Shown piece by piece: positions 20,118 through 28,127 of a stretch of 64,000 nt of DNA. Under the pieces are notes generated by a model. The model worked only from the letters and a program-made list of their open reading frames with translations. It had not been told where the DNA came from and searched no databases. This DNA is from an uncultured Pseudomonadota bacterium. Lineage in GTDB: Bacteria > Myxococcota_A > Polyangia > Fen-1088. The stretch's first letter is position 1. Each line of letters opens with the position of its first letter. The translations under genes and the position numbers were made by a program. The stretch spans positions 288,001 to 352,000 of the forward strand of contig CAWKBC010000030.1 in assembly GCA_963847705.1 (NCBI GenBank). Reading direction: 5' to 3'.

Positions 20118-21815
20118 TTGACGTCCCCCAACTTGCATCCACAGTCACCCGCCGCGCGGCGGCCCGTCATCAGCTGGGTCGCCCCGCTGCTGACCTGGCT
20201 GATCGCCTGCGTCCTCGCCTGCCTGGCCGTCGGCTGCCACACCGGCGGCGACCTCGCGCCCATCGCCTACACCTGCGGCACCAGCGACCCCTCGGTCGCG
20301 GTCGCCGGCGACCCGATCAACGGATGCGCGGATTACGACACCATGTACCTGCCGCTCGAACCGACGCTGCCGCCAACCCCGACCGATCCGACCTGCATCC
20401 TCAAAGCGACGCATCAGACCACCGACAGCAACTGGCTGCCGGACGAGACCACCCTCGACACCGGCAACATCACCACGGCGCTCGGCCACTGCAAGGTGGT
20501 CCAGCTGGTGACCGACGGCGCCAACAACGCCTTCGTCTCGGGGCCGCTTGGCATCACGGCGCAGACGCTCTGGGTCGACGCCGGCGTCACGCTGTACGCC
20601 TCCCGCGATCCGAGCCTGTATTCGACCCAGCCGGCCGGCACGCCCAGCGATTGCGGTCAGCCCGGCGTCAACGATTCGGCGGCCTGCAAGAACTTCATCA
20701 CGGTGAACAGCGGCGCCAGCCCGGCCATCGTCGGCGACGGGATCATCGACGGTCAGGGGGGCGAGCCGCTCATCGGGCACGACTACTCCTGGTGGCAGCT
20801 CTCCTCGGCGCTGGCGATGATCGACGGCAGCATCGGCAACCCGACGCTCATCAACCTGGCGTCGGGCGTGACCGGGTTCTTGATGTACCGGATCACGCTG
20901 CACAACTCGCCCAAGTTCCACGTGAAGATCACCTCCACACCGGCCGGCGGACCGACCGCCGCCTGCACGCCGGGCGCCGGCTTCATCGTCTGGGGGGTGA
21001 CCATCTTGACGCCGTCCCGCTGGCTCAACAGCCAGGGCCTCCTGATGTCGCCGCACCTGTCCCGCAACACCGACGGCATCGACCCCGGAGAGACCAGCTT
21101 CGCCACCTGCGGCGTGCTCGCCCACAACACCATCAGCACCGGCGACGACCACATCGCCATCAAGGGCGGTCACGGTGTGTCGAACATCTATGTCGCGCAC
21201 AACCACTTCGGCACCGGTCACGGAATGTCGATCGGCAGCGAGACCTACGGCGGCGTGAACGGCCTGACGGTCTGCGATCTCACCATCGACGCCGACTCGC
21301 GGCCGGTGGGCGACGGGGCCAGCCCCGGCGACTTCAACGGGATCCGCGTGAAGTCGGACTCCAGCCGCGGCGGCCTGGTCGACAACGTCGTCTTCCGCAA
21401 CGTCTGCATGCGCGACGTCAACAACGCGATCCTGGTCTCCACCGCGTACAACCCGCTCTTCTCCGGATCGCTGATCCCCGACTTCAAGTCGCTCACCTTT
21501 CGGAACATCCACGACGTCACCTGCCTGGGCTCGCAGCCGGGGGTGGTGACCCTGAACGGCTTTTCGGTGCTCTATCCCGCCGGGCCGATCACGCTCGACA
21601 ACGTCATCGTCGACAACATCGGACCGACGGCCGTGGAGGCCGAGTTCTCCAACATCGTCTACGGCCCCGGCCCGGTGAACTTCACCGGCTACATCTCGGG
21701 CCAGGACGTCACGGTGACCCCCAGCTCGGAGCCAGCCGACACCAGCGTGGCGCCCATCAACTGCGTCTTTCCCACCTTGCCGGCCCCACAGCCGCCGCCG
21801 GGCTGGCTCCGATGA
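20118..21815 (+). CDS. polygalacturonase (GH28) lipoprotein
   Basis: All four GH28 motifs: NTDG, GDD, GHG(MSIGS), RVK; lipobox AVGC. Confidence 0.93.
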   Translation: MTSPNLHPQSPAARRPVISWVAPLLTWLIACVLACLAVGCHTGGDLAPIAYTCGTSDPSVAVAGDPINGCADYDTMYLPLEPTLPPTPTDPTCILKATHQTTDSNWLPDETTLDTGNITTALGHCKVVQLVTDGANNAFVSGPLGITAQTLWVDAGVTLYASRDPSLYSTQPAGTPSDCGQPGVNDSAACKNFITVNSGASPAIVGDGIIDGQGGEPLIGHDYSWWQLSSALAMIDGSIGNPTLINLASGVTGFLMYRITLHNSPKFHVKITSTPAGGPTAACTPGAGFIVWGVTILTPSRWLNSQGLLMSPHLSRNTDGIDPGETSFATCGVLAHNTISTGDDHIAIKGGHGVSNIYVAHNHFGTGHGMSIGSETYGGVNGLTVCDLTIDADSRPVGDGASPGDFNGIRVKSDSSRGGLVDNVVFRNVCMRDVNNAILVSTAYNPLFSGSLIPDFKSLTFRNIHDVTCLGSQPGVVTLNGFSVLYPAGPITLDNVIVDNIGPTAVEAEFSNIVYGPGPVNFTGYISGQDVTVTPSSEPADTSVAPINCVFPTLPAPQPPPGWLR

Positions 21816-22741
21816 CGGCTGCGAGGACGGTTTCGATGACAGCTCGACGAATCGCGCTGCTGGTCGTCCCCTGTGGCCTGCTGTTCGCGGCCTGCTCCAC
21901 GACCGGCGAGCCCAGCGAGTCGCCGAACGGCAGCTGCACCATCGACCAGACGATCACCGCCAGCTGCAATCAGGCCGACGGCGGCGCGCCCCAGAACACG
22001 GGCCTCACCGGCTACAACTGTACGGGAACGGCACGCCCCGACCAGACCGCGTCCTACGCCGGCGGCGTTCCGCAGGGGATGATCTGCGCCAACCAGATCC
22101 CACCCGCAGACGGCGGTGCGCCCGCCAGCCCGCAGAATTATTGTTGCACCAACGCCGACACCACCTGCGCCTACGATCCGGTCGCCGTGTGCGATCCGGG
22201 GACCTACGCGTACCAGTGCCAGGACATCAACCGGCCCGAGAGCTACAACCCGCAGATCAAATGCGGCCAGGGGGTGCGCGGGACCGAGCTCGTCGATTAT
22301 TGCTGCTCGGGAACCGGGCTGCCGCAGGGCTGCGGCGAGCAGGACGGCCTGGCGGGCTGCTCGGCGGGCCTCGTCGGCTGGCAATGCCCCATCAAGGGGA
22401 GCATGCACACGCTTCCGAAGGGCCAGGACCTGATGTCCAACAAGAGCCGGGCCGACCAGTACTATCTCCTCTGCTCGATCCCCAAGGTGGCCCCCTCGGG
22501 CTCGGTCGACACCTTCTGCTGCTACCCGCCCGCGCAAATTCCCCCCGGCGGCTCCTGCACCGAGGACGTCTACGTCTCGAACTGCAACCCGCTCACCCAG
22601 TTCGGCTTCGCCTGCACCGGCATCGACACGCCGGCCGACGACTACCCGCCCATCGTCTGCCCGAGCGCCGGAACGCCCGGCACCAGCATGGAGGGCTACC
22701 CGGCGACGCTCTACTGCTGCAACTTCGTCAACGGCGACTGA
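21812..22741 (+). CDS. Cys-rich repeat lipoprotein
   Basis: ATGA overlap with GH28; lipobox FAAC; about five repeats ending in (Y/F)CC. Confidence 0.75.
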   Translation: MTAARTVSMTARRIALLVVPCGLLFAACSTTGEPSESPNGSCTIDQTITASCNQADGGAPQNTGLTGYNCTGTARPDQTASYAGGVPQGMICANQIPPADGGAPASPQNYCCTNADTTCAYDPVAVCDPGTYAYQCQDINRPESYNPQIKCGQGVRGTELVDYCCSGTGLPQGCGEQDGLAGCSAGLVGWQCPIKGSMHTLPKGQDLMSNKSRADQYYLLCSIPKVAPSGSVDTFCCYPPAQIPPGGSCTEDVYVSNCNPLTQFGFACTGIDTPADDYPPIVCPSAGTPGTSMEGYPATLYCCNFVNGD

Positions 22742-22783
22742 GTGCCGAACGGCGACTGAGAGCCGAAGGGCGACCGAGAGCCG
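22730..22783. repeat. 18-bp tandem repeat x3 (AACGGCGACTGAGAGCCG) containing the upstream gene's stop codon
   Basis: Units at 22730, 22748 and 22766. Confidence 0.85.
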
Positions 22784-22849
22784 CTTCCGCGGCGCGGCCC
22801 GTCGCCGGTCCCGAAGCCCTCGCTCCCGGGACGTCCGGGCGGCGGCCGT

Positions 22850-23959
22850 TCAGCGTCGCTCCAGGTACTCCTCGGGCGCGTCGACGAAGCCCCAGGCCCG
22901 CAGCTGGCGGACCCAGGCGCCGAGGTTGTCGCGCGTCACCCGCACCAGCTCCATCGGGATCCGCTCCGGGACCGCGCTCTTGCGGAGCAGCTTGTCCACG
23001 ATCGTGTCGACGCCGACCTCGCCCCAAAGATAGGTCGGCTGCGCCAGCAGCACCGGCGCCAGCCCCTTCTCGACGTAGAGCAGCTGCGGCGGGATGGCGT
23101 TGATCGAGACGATGGTGGGCACCATCAGCTTGGGTGTCCCCGATTCGATCTCGTGCAACAGCGTCTGGGTGTAGAGCGGCCAGCCGCCGACCATCGCCCA
23201 CCCGGTGATGTCCGGGTGCGCCGCCTCGGCGCGCATGACGGCGGCCGTCGCCTCCTGCGGCGTCTCGACGTGGAAGAACGGCCCCAGCATCGTGAGGCCC
23301 GGGTGGTGCGCCGCTTCGCTCATCACCCCCTCGACGCGGCGGCGCAGGTTGGGGGCGTCGGGGTTCCCTGCCAGCACGGCCACCTTGCCCCGGCGTGGGA
23401 TCAGCTGGGCCAGCTCCTTCATCACCGCCTGGCCAGCCTTGAAGTCGTCGACGCCGCAGGTGGCGAAGCGGCGCGAGTCGGGCGCGTCGCTGTCGAAGGT
23501 CATGACGGGGACGCCGTGCGCGACGGCGTCGTCGATCGCCGGGGTCACCGTCTTGACGTCCGAGCAGGAGAGCAGCACGGCGCCGACCTTCTCGGCCACC
23601 GCCTGCTGGATGCGCTGCACCTGCAGCGCGGCGTCCTCGCGCGGCGGCGTCAGCCACTCGAGCTCGATCGGACGTCCCAGCTCGGCGCTGAGCGCCCGGG
23701 CGCGGTTCTCCGCGCCGAGGCGCGAGGCGAGAAACGACGGATTGCTCGCGCTCTTGGCGATCATCGCGATCCGGAAGGGAGCGACGGGCGGAAGCGGTTC
23801 GACGACGCCGGCGTCGGGGCGAGCGCGGCAGGCGGCCGCCGGCGCCGCCACGACCAGCGCCGCGATGACCAGACAGGCACGGGCAGGGTGCGCCGGTCGG
23901 CGACCGCCGGTTTCGGGCTCACTGAGGGTGAGTTGACCCACCCCGGCTGGATGGCTCAA
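22850..23959 (-). CDS. RbsB-like periplasmic sugar-binding protein (no adjacent ABC permease)
   Basis: IAMIAKSASNPSF, GVPVMTFDSD, RRRVEG, AQPTYLWG; start uncertain. Confidence 0.85.
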   Translation of the reverse strand: MSHPAGVGQLTLSEPETGGRRPAHPARACLVIAALVVAAPAAACRARPDAGVVEPLPPVAPFRIAMIAKSASNPSFLASRLGAENRARALSAELGRPIELEWLTPPREDAALQVQRIQQAVAEKVGAVLLSCSDVKTVTPAIDDAVAHGVPVMTFDSDAPDSRRFATCGVDDFKAGQAVMKELAQLIPRRGKVAVLAGNPDAPNLRRRVEGVMSEAAHHPGLTMLGPFFHVETPQEATAAVMRAEAAHPDITGWAMVGGWPLYTQTLLHEIESGTPKLMVPTIVSINAIPPQLLYVEKGLAPVLLAQPTYLWGEVGVDTIVDKLLRKSAVPERIPMELVRVTRDNLGAWVRQLRAWGFVDAPEEYLERR

Positions 23960-24000
23960 GACACCGAGCCTCTGGCGCGCAAGGAACAGTTCGTGTCACC

Positions 24001-25209
24001 GTGGAGGCAGTGACCCCTGCCGGCATCGGGCTTTGGGCGCTGGTCGCGCTCGCGCAGACCGGTCTCGCGGTCTCGGTGCCCGTTCGCGTCGCGTTCGACG
24101 CGCCGACTGGATGCTCGGACGCCGAGGCGTTCTTTGCCGGCGTGCTCGCGCGCACGCGCCACGTCCACCGCGCGCGCCCCGGCGAGACCGCCGTGCGCCT
24201 CACGGTTCAAGTGACCCGCGTGGGCCCGAGGGTTCACGGCGAGCTGCGGGTCAACGAGGCTGGCGGCGAAGCGGAGACCCGGCGGGTCGACGGCACGACC
24301 TGCACCGAAGTGGTCCAGGTTCTGTCGCTGACGGCCGCGCTGGCGATCGATCCCGCCGCCGACCTCCTGCCGCCGGCTGGGCCTGACAAACCGCCGGCCA
24401 CACCGTCTCCCGTCCGCGCTCCGCCATCGGCCGCCGCCGCGCCGCCGCGCGACGCTCCGGCCGCCTCGGCCGCGCCGGTGGTTCCGCCCCAGTCGCCGCC
24501 GGCGGCATCCCCGTCTCCGGTGGCTCCCTCGGCCGCGCCCACGGTTCAGTCGACTGTGCCTCCGACCTCGGCGCCGCCTCTCGCGACGGCGCCCGCCGCC
24601 CCCGCTTCCGAACCGCCGCCCTCGGTCGCGCTTGCGCCAGCCCCGGGGGCCATGGTCCCCGCGGAGCCGCGGCGCGAACGGCCACGCCCGAGCGGCCCGC
24701 GATTCGGTGCATCGATGGTCGGGGCGCGCGTCCTCACCTCATCGGTGGGCCTCGGCGCGTCGCTCTGGGGCCGCCTCGGGACCACCACCCGGGAGGGCTT
24801 GACGCCATCGGCCACCCTGGCCGCGCTCTATCTGCCCGGTGATTTCTTCGGATCGGGGGACAATCTGGGGATCGGCTGGATGGCGCTCGCCGCCACGGGC
24901 TGCCCGGGCTGGGCGCCCGGCGGCCGCGCCCGAGTCGAGCCCTGCGCCCGGCTCACCCTCGGCGCCCTCTCGGCGACCGATCATTCCGTCAACACCCCGC
25001 GCTCCGTGACCCGCTGGTGGGGAAGCGCCGGTGCGGTGGTTCGCCTGACGGCGCCCGTGGGCGGGGGCCTGATGCTCGATCTCGACGCGGGGGTCGACTT
25101 TCCGTTCGTCACGCGCCGCTTCACCGTCACCACCATGACAAATCAACCAGTTGGCGCGACGGCCGCGGTTTCTCCGACGCTGTCGGTCGGACTTTCCCAC
25201 GGTCTATAA
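24001..25209 (+). CDS. exported Pro-rich protein with C-terminal beta-barrel
   Basis: Signal peptide; small Cys-paired N-domain; Pro-rich linker; beta-strand C-terminus; precedes an ECF sigma. Confidence 0.65.
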   Translation: MEAVTPAGIGLWALVALAQTGLAVSVPVRVAFDAPTGCSDAEAFFAGVLARTRHVHRARPGETAVRLTVQVTRVGPRVHGELRVNEAGGEAETRRVDGTTCTEVVQVLSLTAALAIDPAADLLPPAGPDKPPATPSPVRAPPSAAAAPPRDAPAASAAPVVPPQSPPAASPSPVAPSAAPTVQSTVPPTSAPPLATAPAAPASEPPPSVALAPAPGAMVPAEPRRERPRPSGPRFGASMVGARVLTSSVGLGASLWGRLGTTTREGLTPSATLAALYLPGDFFGSGDNLGIGWMALAATGCPGWAPGGRARVEPCARLTLGALSATDHSVNTPRSVTRWWGSAGAVVRLTAPVGGGLMLDLDAGVDFPFVTRRFTVTTMTNQPVGATAAVSPTLSVGLSHGL

Positions 25210-25272
25210 AATGCGCGCTGGTCGCTGTATGATCAGGTTCGGCGGGAGCGGGAATTGAGACCCCGGACGATC

Positions 25273-25959
25273 ATGACCACCGCAGCGGTCTTCGACACGC
25301 ACGATCTCGAGCGCGCGATACCGGTCGTTCACGTCCCGGCGCCGGGGCGCGAGCGCCAGATCCCGGCGGAGGTCCCACCGCAGGATCTGCTCGGGCCTTC
25401 GAAGGAGCTGCCCGGGACCCGCGCCGCTCGCGATGCCCGGCTGCGCGGCCTGGTCGATCTGCACATCGACTTCGTCGCCCGCGTGCTGCGGAATTCCGGG
25501 ACGCCCCACGCCGAGATCGACGACGAGGTGCAACGGACGTTCATCGTCGCTGCGCGCCGGCTGGATGACATCCGTCCGGGGGCCGAGAAGAGCTTCCTGT
25601 TCCGGATCGCCTTCAACCTGGCCGCACATGCCCGTCGGACGGCGGCGCGCCGGCGTGAGGTCTCCGCCGATCAAGCGCCCGAACAAGTTGAAAGAGTTGC
25701 CACGCCCGAGGCACTGACAGATCAGAAGCGGATGCGAGAGCTGCTCGACAGCGTGCTGGAGACGATGGAGGAGCCGCTGCGCGCCGCCTTCGTCCTGCAC
25801 GAGTTCGAGGAGATGAGCACGGCGGAGATCGCGGACGCTCTGGGGATCCCGCGGGGCACCGTCGCCTCGCGGCTGCGCCGGGCGCGCGCCGAATTTCGAG
25901 AGCGCGTGGCGGCCATCGGCGGCTTCGCCGGATACGTCAATCGGGAAGGTCAGGGGTGA
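25273..25959 (+). CDS. ECF RNA polymerase sigma factor
   Basis: DDEVQRTF...SFLFRIA; EMSTAEIADALGIPRGTVASRLRRAR. Confidence 0.92.
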   Translation: MTTAAVFDTHDLERAIPVVHVPAPGRERQIPAEVPPQDLLGPSKELPGTRAARDARLRGLVDLHIDFVARVLRNSGTPHAEIDDEVQRTFIVAARRLDDIRPGAEKSFLFRIAFNLAAHARRTAARRREVSADQAPEQVERVATPEALTDQKRMRELLDSVLETMEEPLRAAFVLHEFEEMSTAEIADALGIPRGTVASRLRRARAEFRERVAAIGGFAGYVNREGQG

Positions 25960-25963
25960 CGGG

Positions 25964-26695
25964 ATGTCGGAGATGAGGGAGCCGACGCGTCTGCGCGACG
26001 AGGGCGCCAGCGCTCTCGAACGCGCCCTCCTGGACGCGGGGAGGTCCTATCGCAGCAGCGGGACGGCCCGGGCCAAGACGCTGGCCGCGCTCGGCGTGGC
26101 CGGGTCGGCGACGCTGCTGGCGGGGACCGCGCAGGCTGTGCCGCTCGGCACGGTGGCCAAGGTGGCGGGCAAGCTGACCTGGGGCAAGCTGCTGGCGGCC
26201 ATCTCGATCGTCGGGGCGGCCGCCGCGGTTCCGGTCGGCTACTTTGCCTGGCAGCGCCACCATCCGGCGAACCATGCCGGGTCGGTGCCTGCCGTCATCG
26301 TGGCCAGGCCGATCGAGCCCGAGCCGCCGCAGGTGGCGCCGGCGCTGACCGGCCACGCGCTGGAAGCGCAGGGCATGGAAAACGGCCCGGCGGGCGCGGC
26401 AGGCGCTGCGCATCTGGCGCGACCGGCGGTGACGCTGGCGCACGAGCTGTCGTCGCTCGACGCCGCGCGTGGTTCGCTGGCGCGGGGCGACGCCACCGGC
26501 GCGCTGGCGCGGCTCGATGCCTACGGGCGCGCCTATCCCCACGGCCGGCTGGGGCTCGAGGCGGAGGTGCTGCGCATCGACGCCCTCGACCAGAGCGGAC
26601 GCAGCGACGCCGCGCGCGCGCGCGCCGAGGCGTTCCTTCAGCACCACCCGCACAGCGTGCTCGCGGCGCGCGTGCGCACGCGGCTCGGCGACTAG
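25964..26695 (+). CDS. putative anti-sigma factor (TM + TPR/BamD-like C-terminus)
   Basis: Directly follows the ECF gene; TM helix; YGRAYPHGRLGLEAEVLRIDAL...FLQHHPHS. Confidence 0.75.
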   Translation: MSEMREPTRLRDEGASALERALLDAGRSYRSSGTARAKTLAALGVAGSATLLAGTAQAVPLGTVAKVAGKLTWGKLLAAISIVGAAAAVPVGYFAWQRHHPANHAGSVPAVIVARPIEPEPPQVAPALTGHALEAQGMENGPAGAAGAAHLARPAVTLAHELSSLDAARGSLARGDATGALARLDAYGRAYPHGRLGLEAEVLRIDALDQSGRSDAARARAEAFLQHHPHSVLAARVRTRLGD

Positions 26696-26783
26696 GCGAG
26701 GCGATGCTGGCGCGTGGACGCAGCCGGGCGACGCCCGGCGGAGTCCATCGCGGGAGGGCGCGGGGACCCTCCCAGGGTCCCCG

Positions 26784-28040
26784 ATGTTGATGTCAGCCCG
26801 CTCGGTTCGGGGGCTCGCCTGCCTGGCGGCGCTGGCCGGCGCCGTGGGGGCCTGCGGCGCGACCACCGACTCGCTCGGGTACGACGACACCGAGAGCAAG
26901 ACGCTCTTGCCGCTCACGCCGCCGGCTTCGTACCCGAACCCGTTTCGCGATCTGCTCGGCCAGACCGACGCGGCGATCAGCGCCAAGCTCAACAACGCGT
27001 TCAACACCATCTTCCACGGATCGTCCGCCTACGCGATCTACGTCAATCCCGCCGGCACCGATCAGGCGTACATCATCGACACGTATCACGACGACGAGAT
27101 CCGCACCGAGGGGATCGGCCTGGGGATGATGATCTGCGTGGAGTTCAACAAGCAGGACGAATTCGACAAGCTCTGGACCTACGCCAAGGAGGTGGTGGAG
27201 ACCAAGAGCGGCCCCGACGCCGGCTATTTCCCCTCCTTCTGCGACGCCGCCGGGGGGACCGCCACCGGCTGCCTCGACCCCTACGGCTTCGAGCAGTTCG
27301 TCACCGCGCTCATCTTCGCCAACGATCGCTGGGGGAGCACGGGAACGATCGACTACGCGACCGACGCGCTGGCGCTGTTCCACACCCTGCGCCACAAGGA
27401 GGACGACAACGGCGGCGTCGTCGACGGCGTCACCAACATGTTCGACGCCAGCAGCAATCTCCCGCTCGACGTCCCCAACATCGCGGCGGCGGGGGTGACC
27501 CGTCCGTCGCTGATCATGCCGGGCTACTACGCGCTCTGGGCCGAGGCCGACGCGGATCCGCTCTGGACCGCGGCGGCAGAGCGCGGTCGATCGTTCTGGC
27601 AGAGCGACGCCAACGCCACCACCGGGTTCATGCCGGTGCGGGCCGACCTCGACGGGACGCCGCTGGCCGGCTGGGCCAGCTTCCTGTCCGAATGCTACCG
27701 CGCCCAGATCAACGTGGTGATCGACCAGATCTGGTCAGGTGCCGACCCCTGGAACGTCACGGAGAGCAACCAGCTGCTGGCGTTCTTCACCGGCCAGGGG
27801 ATCAACACCTACGGCCGGACGTTCAGCCTGGACGGGACGATGGTCCTCGACCCCAGCCACGATCCTGCGCTGGTCGCCGCCAACGGCATCGCGGCCCTGG
27901 CCTCGACCAACAGCGACCGCACCAGCTACGTGAACACAGTCTGGAACATGGACCCGCCGACGGGCGACGCCCGCTACTACTCCGGCCTTCTGCAGATGGT
28001 CGCCCTGTTGATCTTGAGCGGCCAGTTTCAGGTCTATTGA
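26784..28040 (+). CDS. GH8 family (Rex/xylanase-like) lipoprotein with altered active-site residues
   Basis: RTEGIGLGMM...EFDKLWTYAK, ALIFANDRWG, RYYSGLLQMVALLILSGQF; lipobox VGAC. Confidence 0.8.
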   Translation: MLMSARSVRGLACLAALAGAVGACGATTDSLGYDDTESKTLLPLTPPASYPNPFRDLLGQTDAAISAKLNNAFNTIFHGSSAYAIYVNPAGTDQAYIIDTYHDDEIRTEGIGLGMMICVEFNKQDEFDKLWTYAKEVVETKSGPDAGYFPSFCDAAGGTATGCLDPYGFEQFVTALIFANDRWGSTGTIDYATDALALFHTLRHKEDDNGGVVDGVTNMFDASSNLPLDVPNIAAAGVTRPSLIMPGYYALWAEADADPLWTAAAERGRSFWQSDANATTGFMPVRADLDGTPLAGWASFLSECYRAQINVVIDQIWSGADPWNVTESNQLLAFFTGQGINTYGRTFSLDGTMVLDPSHDPALVAANGIAALASTNSDRTSYVNTVWNMDPPTGDARYYSGLLQMVALLILSGQFQVY

Positions 28041-28041
28041 G

Positions 28042-28066
28042 TCAAGGACCCTGAAGGGTCCCTTGA
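28042..28066. terminator. hairpin between the convergent GH8 and kinase genes
   Basis: TCAAGGACCCT-GAA-GGGTCCCTTGA near-perfect inverted repeat. Confidence 0.5.
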
Positions 28067-28127
28067 ATCCCCCCGCGGGCGAGCGTCGCGGGGCGAAGCC
28101 CATTCGCCGCTCACGCGACGCGAGCGC

